DNA of 64,000 nt, taken from an uncultured delta proteobacterium. GTDB lineage: Bacteria > Myxococcota > Myxococcia > Myxococcales > Myxococcaceae. This document shows, piece after piece, positions 1 through 7,313 of the stretch (within the stretch, counting starts at the first letter, position 1; the number at the start of each line of letters is the position of its first letter). The notes under the pieces are model-generated. The model worked only from the letters and a program-made list of their open reading frames with translations. It did not search any database and was not told the origin of the DNA. Position numbers and translations under genes: made by a program. The stretch spans positions 32,001 through 96,000 of the forward strand of contig CAVYSY010000044.1 of assembly GCA_963771175.1 (NCBI GenBank), read 5' to 3'.

Positions 1-482
1 ATGTCCTCGATGAGATCTCCGGCGTGATCGGGCAGCCCGGACAGGTGGCTCAACCACTGTCGGAGGGTCGTGCTCCCCGCCGCGTGGGCCAGTTTGTATG
101 GATGCTTGCGCTCATTGTCTTGATACACGACCTCGTCCCACTTGGGCTCTCCGCCCGTTCTGTCGACGAGCAGTGTCGTCGAGACGGACTTGGACACCGA
201 CGCGCAGGGGAACAACGTATCGGGGCCGGGCGTCGAGGAGGGATCGTCGAGCCTCTTCACGCCGTATCCGAAGTAGAGGACCTGGCTCGTCGGGCGGTGG
301 ACGACCGCGATCGACAGGCCGGGTGTCCAACACTCCCCCCATGGCCCCTGGCGGGTGGCGAAGTCCGCCGCCTCCTTGAGCACGGCGACGGCCGCGTCCA
401 CCTCGGCGGCGGTGCAGTGCCTCGTTTGCGGAGGCGGAGGGTCTTTGAGGTATTTGACGGCGTCGTAATCACTATTTTTCAT
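1..482 (-). CDS. Serine hydrolase, beta-lactamase class C-like (5' part; runs off the window edge)
   Basis: Manual minus-strand translation from ATG 482: MKNSDY...PGLSIAVV...FGYGV...PDTLFPCASVSKS (SxxK)...LRQWLSHLSGLP. Not in the ORF track because it is open at the edge. Confidence 0.8.
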   Translation of the reverse strand, partial: MKNSDYDAVKYLKDPPPPQTRHCTAAEVDAAVAVLKEAADFATRQGPWGECWTPGLSIAVVHRPTSQVLYFGYGVKRLDDPSSTPGPDTLFPCASVSKSVSTTLLVDRTGGEPKWDEVVYQDNERKHPYKLAHAAGSTTLRQWLSHLSGLPDHAGDLIED

Positions 483-538
483 CGTACGACTACATATGCG
501 CGCCCGGGCACCGTCAATAGGAAGAGCCTGTCTGAGAA

Positions 539-557
539 GGTGTCAAACACCTCGTAA
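539..557. repeat. REP-like end motif GGTGTCAAACACCTCGTAA
   Basis: Exact reverse complement of the copies at 2553-2571 and 2599-2617; internal hairpin GGTGT-CAA-ACACC. Confidence 0.85.
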
Positions 558-561
558 GCGG

Positions 562-649
562 CGGGGAAGGTGTCGGGGAAGGCGGGGAAGGTGTCAAAGG
601 ATTCGTTTCGACACCTCGTCTCCTACGAATCGTCTGACACCATTCCTGC
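562..649. repeat. REP doublet hairpin, copy 1 (GGTGTCAAAGGATTCGT...ACGAATCGTCTGACACC)
   Basis: Near-identical direct repeat of 1058-1136; each copy is an imperfect inverted pair of the motif that flanks the RAYT gene. Confidence 0.85.
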
Positions 650-695
650 CGCCACCTCGGGTCTGATTTCGAGCTGGGCGTGGGCGCAGGCCCCA

Positions 696-1046
696 TCATC
701 GGAGCAAGAACGTCCGGTGGGCCTCCGCGAGCCCATCGAACGCGGCCTGTTGCCGACGAATCGCCTTGAGGAGATCCATGCCGCAGTGAGGACAGTACTG
801 CAGCGGGAGCTCCATCATCACCTTGATGCCGAGGGCGCGCCCTTGCTCATCGCGGTTCAGGCGCCCCATCAGCTCTCCGTGCTCCTTGCCCAGCGCCCCC
901 AGTTCCTTCAGCTGCCACTCCGTGAAGGGTCTCGCCTGGACGACGAACCGGCGATAGTCCCCATCGCGGAAGGCCACCACGCCCAGGCCCTGACTCCCAG
1001 TGGTCGCGAGCATGTTCGTCAACCATTCGCAGCCTTCGAATTCCAT
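696..1046 (-). CDS. Hypothetical protein (116 aa, CPHC motif)
   Basis: GGAG RBS upstream of the ATG; protein-like composition; lies between two REP doublets. Confidence 0.7.
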   Translation of the reverse strand: MEFEGCEWLTNMLATTGSQGLGVVAFRDGDYRRFVVQARPFTEWQLKELGALGKEHGELMGRLNRDEQGRALGIKVMMELPLQYCPHCGMDLLKAIRRQQAAFDGLAEAHRTFLLR

Positions 1047-1057
1047 GACCGATTCTC

Positions 1058-1136
1058 CGGGGAAGGTGTCGGGGAAGGTGTCAAAGGATTCGTTCCGACA
1101 CCTCGTCTCCTACGAATCGTCTGACACCCTTCCTGC
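1058..1136. repeat. REP doublet hairpin, copy 2
   Basis: Direct repeat of 562-649. Confidence 0.85.
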
Positions 1137-1153
1137 GCAACCTCCGAGGCGCG

Positions 1154-1930
1154 TCACTCCGCCCAGGTGAGCACTTCCACCATGCGCACGAAGAGCCGGT
1201 CGTTGCTGACGGCGGCCACCACGAAGCCCGCCGACTCGCCCGGGCCGCCCCGGCCCATGGAGCGCCAGCTCGAGATGTAGAGCCGCTGGCCGGTGCCCGA
1301 AACCTGCTTGAGGTACGCCACCGCCCCATCCACCTCCGCCGCGGTCGGCGTGCCCGAGTACGTGCGCTGCTGCAGCCGGGTGCGCAGCTCGGCCTCGGTG
1401 ACGGGCTCGAAGAAGTACGGATAGTCGTAGTAGCTGCCGAAGGCCCACCCGTACGTCTCCAGCAGCGTCACCTGATTGGCCTCGCCGTCGCCCTCGGCGA
1501 TGGAGCCCTCCTGGATGCGCGAGCTGCTCGCGAGCGGTCCGCTCGCGCCGTACAGCTGGGCCGGCGTGCCCGACACCGCGTCCATCCCCAGCGGGTTTCC
1601 GTAGTCCGCCGCGTCGTTCAGCTCGTGGAAGGCGTTGAGGTACGTCTTCGCATCCGCCGCCACGCCGGTGAGGAAGGTGGCATTGCCCACCTTCGTGGCC
1701 AGGTGAGCATGCTCCGCCGAGTCCACCCAGTAGTCCGAGGCGAAGGCGTCGAGCGCGTTCACCATCTCCGAGCGGGTGACCGTCGTGCCACTGGTGCTGG
1801 TGCTGGCACGCGCGGCCGTCATCCTCGAGTCGAAGAGGGCAATGTTCGCGGCGCTGTCCGCCAGGGCGGCAGGCGCGGTCAGCAGCGCCAGTGCGCCGAC
1901 GAGGGACTTGAGAGAGGAGCTGGACTTCAT
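1154..1930 (-). CDS. Secreted hypothetical protein (258 aa)
   Basis: Signal peptide MKSSSSLKSLVGALALLTAPAALA; strong GC3 codon bias. Confidence 0.8.
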   Translation of the reverse strand: MKSSSSLKSLVGALALLTAPAALADSAANIALFDSRMTAARASTSTSGTTVTRSEMVNALDAFASDYWVDSAEHAHLATKVGNATFLTGVAADAKTYLNAFHELNDAADYGNPLGMDAVSGTPAQLYGASGPLASSSRIQEGSIAEGDGEANQVTLLETYGWAFGSYYDYPYFFEPVTEAELRTRLQQRTYSGTPTAAEVDGAVAYLKQVSGTGQRLYISSWRSMGRGGPGESAGFVVAAVSNDRLFVRMVEVLTWAE

Positions 1931-2064
1931 GGGGGGGGACCTCGCGAAGGCCGGGGGGGCCAGTAGGGGGGGGGGACTTCATCGAAGTTCCTACTATCGT
2001 TCAGAATGGCAGATCCAGCGGAAAAATCATGTTTCACTGCTTTTGCGGGTTCGTGACACAGGCT

Positions 2065-2552
2065 TCAAACGGCGCGACGCAGGGCGTCGAGGAGGGCGTC
2101 CAGGTCCGCGTCGGTGTGAGGGGATTGATGAGGGTGGTGCGCAGCTACACGCGCCCGCCGAGCGTGGTCTGCACCAGGTAGAAGTCCCCGCGGGTGACGA
2201 GCGACTCGCGCAGACGCACCTGGAGCGCGTCGAGCGCCGAGGCGGGGAGGCCCTGGGGGGGGTGTGGCGGAAGCAGACGATGTTGCAGTCGGGCGGCATG
2301 GCCAGCTCGAAGTCGCCGGAGGACTGGAGGCGCTCGGCGAAGCGGCGGGACAGGTCGAAGGGGTCGGTGACGGAGTCGGCGAAGAGCTTCGTGCCGAGGG
2401 TGCTCAGGCAGGTATACAGCTCGAGGGCCATCATCTCCTTGGTGCACTCGAGGGTGCGCAGCGCCACGTCGCTCCAGCGCCGCGTGTCCTGGCCGGTGAA
2501 GAGGTCGGAGGCCTCCTGGGCGAAGGCCTCGAAGGAGCGGTGGCCCTCGCCA
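2065..2552 (-). pseudogene. 3' fragment of a group II PLP-dependent decarboxylase
   Basis: LRTLECTK...PDCNIVCFRH...DFYLVQTTLGGRV*LRTTLINPL; internal stop and frameshifts; the 5' part is missing and the break falls at the REP copy at 2553. Confidence 0.75.
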
Positions 2553-2617
2553 TTACGAGGTGTTTGACACCCATTACGGGGACACCCATTACGAGCCATT
2601 ACGAGGTGTTTGACACC
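2551..2617. repeat. REP-like end cluster (TTACGAGGTGTTTGACACC x2 with stuttered CCATTACG units)
   Basis: Copies at 2553-2571 and 2599-2617, inverted relative to 539-557. Confidence 0.85.
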
Positions 2618-2676
2618 TGGGCCGGCGCCTGGGCCGCCTGGGCTGTGGCCGCCTGGGCCGCTCTCGAACAGCCTGC

Positions 2677-3447
2677 TCACTGCCCGAGCGATTGGGGCGG
2701 CGGCTTCACGCTGAACATGGGCAAGTAACACTCACCCTGGTGCTCGTAGAGGTTATCCGGGCAGGGGCCCTTCAGCTTATGAGGCACCCAGCAGGCGCCG
2801 ATGAGCTCTACCTCGGTGTAGCGCGTGCAGGGGGGACGTTTCTGTCCTTTGAAGGGCTCGCGTGGGAGAGGTCGGGCGAGCACGAACTCTCCCTGGGGCG
2901 TACTGTCCGCGAGCCAACCGTCGTTGACAGGGTCTGGCCTTCCAGTGGCCAGCGGAGCGCTCACTCCAGGCGCCAGACCGTTCGGCGGTTGGGACACGGG
3001 AGCCAGATGAACCAGGGTGAAGAGCAGGGCGCCCACCACGACGGCACCAGCCAATCCCACGTGCCACCAGGGGCGCCGGGGCGCGGGTGAGGCGGAGAAG
3101 GCGTGTGCCATGCGCCCCACGGCCTTGTGCACATCCTCCAAGGTGGACACCAGCGACTCCACCGATTGCCTGTCGGGAGCCACGGACCTCGGGGTTTGCT
3201 CCACCTCCATGGCATCGTAGCCAGACGTGGAGATGATGCGGACCCGCAGGTCGATCAGCGGCTCCGCCCTCTCCTCATCCCTGGCGGCGGGCTTGAACAC
3301 CAGGGCCGGCGCCCCACTCGTCTCGTGCGTGGCCCGGTAGAGCTCCCCCTGGCCGCAGTCGTCCTGCGGCACCTGCTCCTGGAGTTGATACGGCCCCACC
3401 TTCCCCGCTTCCTCCCAGCTCAACTCGGGCTTCTTCGGCTCATCCAT
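2677..3447 (-). CDS. Myxobacterial kinase-derived membrane protein with C-terminal Cys-rich domain
   Basis: GPYQL...GQGELYRA resembles a Ser/Thr kinase N-lobe but HRD and DFG are absent; one TM segment; C-terminus PFKGQKRPPC...GACW...CP...GECYLP. Confidence 0.7.
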   Translation of the reverse strand: MDEPKKPELSWEEAGKVGPYQLQEQVPQDDCGQGELYRATHETSGAPALVFKPAARDEERAEPLIDLRVRIISTSGYDAMEVEQTPRSVAPDRQSVESLVSTLEDVHKAVGRMAHAFSASPAPRRPWWHVGLAGAVVVGALLFTLVHLAPVSQPPNGLAPGVSAPLATGRPDPVNDGWLADSTPQGEFVLARPLPREPFKGQKRPPCTRYTEVELIGACWVPHKLKGPCPDNLYEHQGECYLPMFSVKPPPQSLGQ

Positions 3448-3570
3448 GCGCGATCCTCGCTGGCCTCCACTCCTGCCCGAGGCCCTGCCCCCGTGCTCGC
3501 ATGGAGCCGAACTCATGCACCAGGAGGCATGCGGTTCCCTCAGGGGCTCCCTACTCAACAAGAGACACGC

Positions 3571-3642
3571 CAGAGACGGTGTCCAGAGAGGGTGTCAAAG
3601 GATTCGAATCGCCCAGAGACGGTGTCAAAGGATTCGAATCGC
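3571..3642. repeat. Left REP end of RAYT (GGTGTCAAAGGATTCGAATCGC x2)
   Basis: Tandem copies at 3591-3612 and 3621-3642, preceded by CAGAGA(C/G) stutters. Confidence 0.9.
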
Positions 3643-3771
3643 AGGACTTGAGCCAGAACGAGACTCGGCGTGGACGGGTGAACCTACCGGCTCCCAAGTC
3701 TTTCTGCGGACTTGGAGTTGGCCCACAGGGTGCATCCGGCCTGGCCGAGCGCACGCAGGGGATGGGGATGG

Positions 3772-4704
3772 ATGGGCTGGCCGTTGAGGATGTTCCAGGA
3801 GGAGGGTCTCTATTTCGTCACGTCCAGGTGCTTCCAGGGACGGCTGCTGCTGCGTCCCAGCGCGGAGGTGAACGAGGTGGTTGGAGGCGTGCTGGCGCGA
3901 GCCGTCCAGCGGAGCGCCGGTCACGTGCGGCTGCACGCCTTCACCTTCGCTTCCAACCACTTCCACCTGCTGGTGTGGGCGCGGGGGGCAGCGCTCTCCG
4001 CCTTCATGCAGTACCTGCGTGCCAACCTGTCCAAGAAGCTGGGGAGGTTGGTGGACTGGAGCGGCGGTTTCTGGGAGAGGCGTTACTCGGCGGAGCCGGT
4101 GCTGGACGACGGGGCGCTGGTGGGGCGGCTGCGCTACGTACTGGCCCATGGGGTGAAAGAGGGGCTGGTGGAGAGAAGCACCGAGTGGCCGGGCCTCACG
4201 TGTCTACCGCAATTGCTGGGGCCGGCACGGCGACTGTTCCAGTGGTTCAACTGGACGAAGCGCTGGACCAAGAGGGGGAGCGAGGACATGGCAAGAGCGC
4301 AGGGGCGCTTTGCCAAGGAATGGGCTGAGCCAGTGGCGTTGGAGGTGGCTCCCCTGCCGTGTTGGGAAGGCCTGGGGGAGGAGGAGAGGCAGCGTGCGGT
4401 GCGGGGACTGGTGGAGGAGGTGGAGGCCGAGGCTCGCGCACGGGACAAGCCTGTCCTGGGGGCGCGAGCCGTGAAGGCCCAGCACCCGCATACCCGGCCC
4501 GAGCAGCTCAAGCGCAGCCCGCGGCCGTTGGGGCATGCCTCCACGCGCCAGGCGCTGAGGGAGTTGCGCGAGCAGTACCGTGCCTTCGTCGCGGCGTTCC
4601 AAGAGGCGGCGGCTCGGTGGAGGCGGGGAGACTTCTCGGCGAGCTTTCCTCTCTACTCCTTCCCGCCGCGTATCGTGCCGGGTCGTGTCGCGCGAATCCT
4701 TTGA
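3772..4704 (+). CDS. REP-associated tyrosine transposase (HUH/Y1, RAYT/TnpA-REP-like)
   Basis: YFVTSRC; ASNHFHLL (HUH motif); FWERRY; RYVLAHGVKEGLV...WP (catalytic Tyr region); flanked by inverted REP ends, with the stop codon inside the right end. Confidence 0.88.
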   Translation: MGWPLRMFQEEGLYFVTSRCFQGRLLLRPSAEVNEVVGGVLARAVQRSAGHVRLHAFTFASNHFHLLVWARGAALSAFMQYLRANLSKKLGRLVDWSGGFWERRYSAEPVLDDGALVGRLRYVLAHGVKEGLVERSTEWPGLTCLPQLLGPARRLFQWFNWTKRWTKRGSEDMARAQGRFAKEWAEPVALEVAPLPCWEGLGEEERQRAVRGLVEEVEAEARARDKPVLGARAVKAQHPHTRPEQLKRSPRPLGHASTRQALRELREQYRAFVAAFQEAAARWRRGDFSASFPLYSFPPRIVPGRVARIL

Positions 4705-4736
4705 CACCCTCTCCGGACACCCTCTCCGGGCACCCT
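4693..4736. repeat. Right REP end of RAYT (CGAATCCTTTGACACC plus stuttered GACACCCTCTCCG)
   Basis: 4693-4708 is the exact reverse complement of 3621-3636. Confidence 0.9.
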
Positions 4737-4899
4737 GCCTACCGGGCAAGCTCTTCATCACCCCTCCTCTCCGGGGCAGGGGAGTTCACTGCCGGGCGTG
4801 GGCATCGTGCCGCGGTGTTCCTCTCTGTCGTTGCAGTCGGAATCCCGTCTGCCCCCGGGGGCTCATGGTCGCGAGCGCATTCGGACGAATCCTTGGCGC

Positions 4900-6855
4900 A
4901 TGACTTCCTGCCCACGAATCCTCGTGGCCGTGGTGCTCCTGCTCGGTGGCACACGGTGTATGGACAAGCAGCCGCCCGTGGTGGATGACGGGTCTCCCCG
5001 GGAGGTGCTCGAGCCACCTCCCGCGGCGCCCGCGACGCCGCCGCCGCAATCCAGGTCGAGGCGGGAGGTCATGTACCGCTTCCTGGACGAGGGGGACCGG
5101 GAGCGCGCCAATCTCCTCCTCGCCAACCGCTGGCCCGTCACACGTTTCCCGGACGTCGAGCTGCCTCCGTCACCTACGTGGACGGAGGATCCGTTCCGCG
5201 AGAAGTTCTGGCGCTTCGAGTTCTACGGGCTGCGCCCCTTGCGCCACCTGATGCGGGCCTGGCTCGACACCGGGGATGACCGCTACCGCGTCCGGCTCAC
5301 CGCGGTGCTGGAGAGCTTCGTCGCGCACGGTCATGACTCCGCGTTCGCCTGGGACAAGCACACCACCGCCTACCGGGGTATGTCCCTGGTCAACCTCTAC
5401 GTGAAGCTGAAGTCGCGCGGGGCGCTCCCGCCCGGGTTGGAGCAGGGCCTGCGCGAGCGCATCCTCGAGGTCGGCTCCTTCCTCCACGACCCCAAGAACT
5501 ACGAGCCCGACTACAACCATGGCCTCGCCGAGGCCGGGGCGCTGCTGCTCATCGCGGAGAACTTCCCGGAGTCCCAGGCCGCCTCCTCCTGGCGCACCAC
5601 GGCCCTCGCGCGGCTGGACGGGCTGCTCGCTCAGGTGCTCGACGAGGACGGGGTGGAGGTGGAGCAGTCGCCCTTCTACCACTTCTATTTCATGACGGGC
5701 TTCTGGGAGATCTACCACTGGGCCCGCGAGAACGACGTTCCGCTCTCGCCCCAGGCGGAGACGCGCATCCGACAGATGATCCGCTACGCCGCATACATCA
5801 CCCTGCCCGATGGGAACGTCCCGATGCTCGGCACGAGCGTGGCGCGCAACGTGCGCAAGTCCCAGGACACGCCCCGGTACGCGGAGATGGCCGCCCTGGA
5901 CCCCGCCTTCGAGTACGCGCTGACGGCAGGCCGCTCGGGCACGCCGCCACCGGAGACGCGGATGCTCTTCCCCTCCTCGGGGCAGGCGGTGCTGCGCTCC
6001 AGCTTCGGCACGGCGGCGGACTTCCTCCAGCAGACGCACGTGATTGTCGACGTGGGCCCGTACCGGACGCTCCACAGCCACCTGGACGCGCTCGCGTTGC
6101 AGCTCTACTCGGCCGGCCGGACGCTGCTACCGGACTCGGGCCACTTCTCCCCCGAGCCCGGGCCCGACTTCGACTACTTCAACAGCACTCGCGCCCATAA
6201 CACCGTGGTGGTGGATGGGCGGGACCAGCGCGTGGGCGCGGCCCGGGCCGGGTTGTCCACGGGGGCGGGCGGTTGGGCCTACCAGTCGGGCGCGCACGAG
6301 CTCTACGACGGTGTCGTGCACCGGCGCGCGGTGTTGTTGCTCCGGCGCGACCTGGTGCTCGTCGTGGACGACCTGAGCAGCGCCACCCCGCATGTCTACG
6401 AGCAGACCTGGCACCTCTTCCCCGAGGCGGAGCTGCGGGTGGAGGACCTGCGGGCGACGGCCCTCGAGTCCGGCTCGGGCCGGGCACTGCTCACCCTGCA
6501 CCAGTTGATGCCCGCATCCGGCTTGGACCTCCAGTGGCGCAAGGGGCGCACCGCGCCCCTCGACGGGTGGTACTCCGCGCGCTTCGAGATCAAGCTCCCC
6601 AACTACGCGCTGCATTACCAGCGCAAGGCTGCGCAAGCGGTGTACGTCACCGTGCTGGCCTCGGGCGAGCTGGCGAGCCTGCCCCTGCAAGGAGGGGCGC
6701 GGGGCGACACCCGGAAGCTGGAGGCCACCGTGTGCCTGCCCTCGGGGGCTGGCTATCACGTCGCCATCACGAACCTGACCGGGCCCGGGGAGGGGGTCAC
6801 CGTGGACGAAGTGCCCGCCTCCTGCCAGGTGCCCGCCCTGGACTCGCGGCCGTAG
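4900..6855 (+). CDS. Heparinase II/III-family polysaccharide lyase, probably exported
   Basis: YNHG; DGVEVEQSPFYH; HSHLDAL; DSG; STRAHNTVVVDG motifs; hydrophobic N-terminus ending in Cys. Start uncertain (4798 or 4900). Confidence 0.85.
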   Translation: MTSCPRILVAVVLLLGGTRCMDKQPPVVDDGSPREVLEPPPAAPATPPPQSRSRREVMYRFLDEGDRERANLLLANRWPVTRFPDVELPPSPTWTEDPFREKFWRFEFYGLRPLRHLMRAWLDTGDDRYRVRLTAVLESFVAHGHDSAFAWDKHTTAYRGMSLVNLYVKLKSRGALPPGLEQGLRERILEVGSFLHDPKNYEPDYNHGLAEAGALLLIAENFPESQAASSWRTTALARLDGLLAQVLDEDGVEVEQSPFYHFYFMTGFWEIYHWARENDVPLSPQAETRIRQMIRYAAYITLPDGNVPMLGTSVARNVRKSQDTPRYAEMAALDPAFEYALTAGRSGTPPPETRMLFPSSGQAVLRSSFGTAADFLQQTHVIVDVGPYRTLHSHLDALALQLYSAGRTLLPDSGHFSPEPGPDFDYFNSTRAHNTVVVDGRDQRVGAARAGLSTGAGGWAYQSGAHELYDGVVHRRAVLLLRRDLVLVVDDLSSATPHVYEQTWHLFPEAELRVEDLRATALESGSGRALLTLHQLMPASGLDLQWRKGRTAPLDGWYSARFEIKLPNYALHYQRKAAQAVYVTVLASGELASLPLQGGARGDTRKLEATVCLPSGAGYHVAITNLTGPGEGVTVDEVPASCQVPALDSRP

Positions 6856-7043
6856 ACGGGGACCGGAGCTCGATTCTCACCTTCGTCTCGCGCTCTGGAC
6901 AAGTCCACCTCGGCTCCCGCCAAGAAGCCCGGCACCGTCTATCGGGTAGAGGGGCCGGAGAACCAGTGCGTTTCCTTCGACAACGGAAAGCCCCATGTCT
7001 CCAAGTCCTTCCATACCAAGACGGTGATGAAGGCCTCTGACAT

Positions 7044-7244
7044 GCTGGGGCGGTTGGTGGACTGGCGCGGCGGTTTCTGGGAGAGGCGTTACTCGGTGGA
7101 GCCGGTGCTGGACGACGCGGCGCGTGTGGGGCGGCGACTGCGTGTCGTGCCGGGTCGTGTCGCGCGAATCCTTTGACACCCTCTCCGGCGAATCCTTTGA
7201 CACCCTCTCCGGGACACCCTCTCCGGAATGTCGAGTTTGACACC
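7044..7244 (+). pseudogene. Internally deleted RAYT remnant with duplicated right REP ends
   Basis: 7044-7123 matches RAYT ~4038-4117 (4 mismatches); 7142-7187 matches the RAYT 3' end; CGAATCCTTTGACACC at 7165-7180 and 7189-7204; TTTGACACC at 7236-7244. Confidence 0.88.
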
Positions 7245-7313
7245 CGTCCGGCCCTTTCGAGCACGGCAGAAAGGGGAGCTGCCCATACGTTGGAGGGAGA
7301 AGAGGAATGGTCG

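Noticed and set aside
562..1136. CRISPR array or integron attC sites
   Set aside because: Only two long copies with a gene-sized spacer, no cas genes, no IntI integrase and no RYYYAAC/GTTRRRY boxes; the repeats match the RAYT ends instead.
2616..2661. GCCTGGGCC micro-tandem
   Set aside because: Short low-complexity GC repeat; may be another stutter but carries no independent signal.
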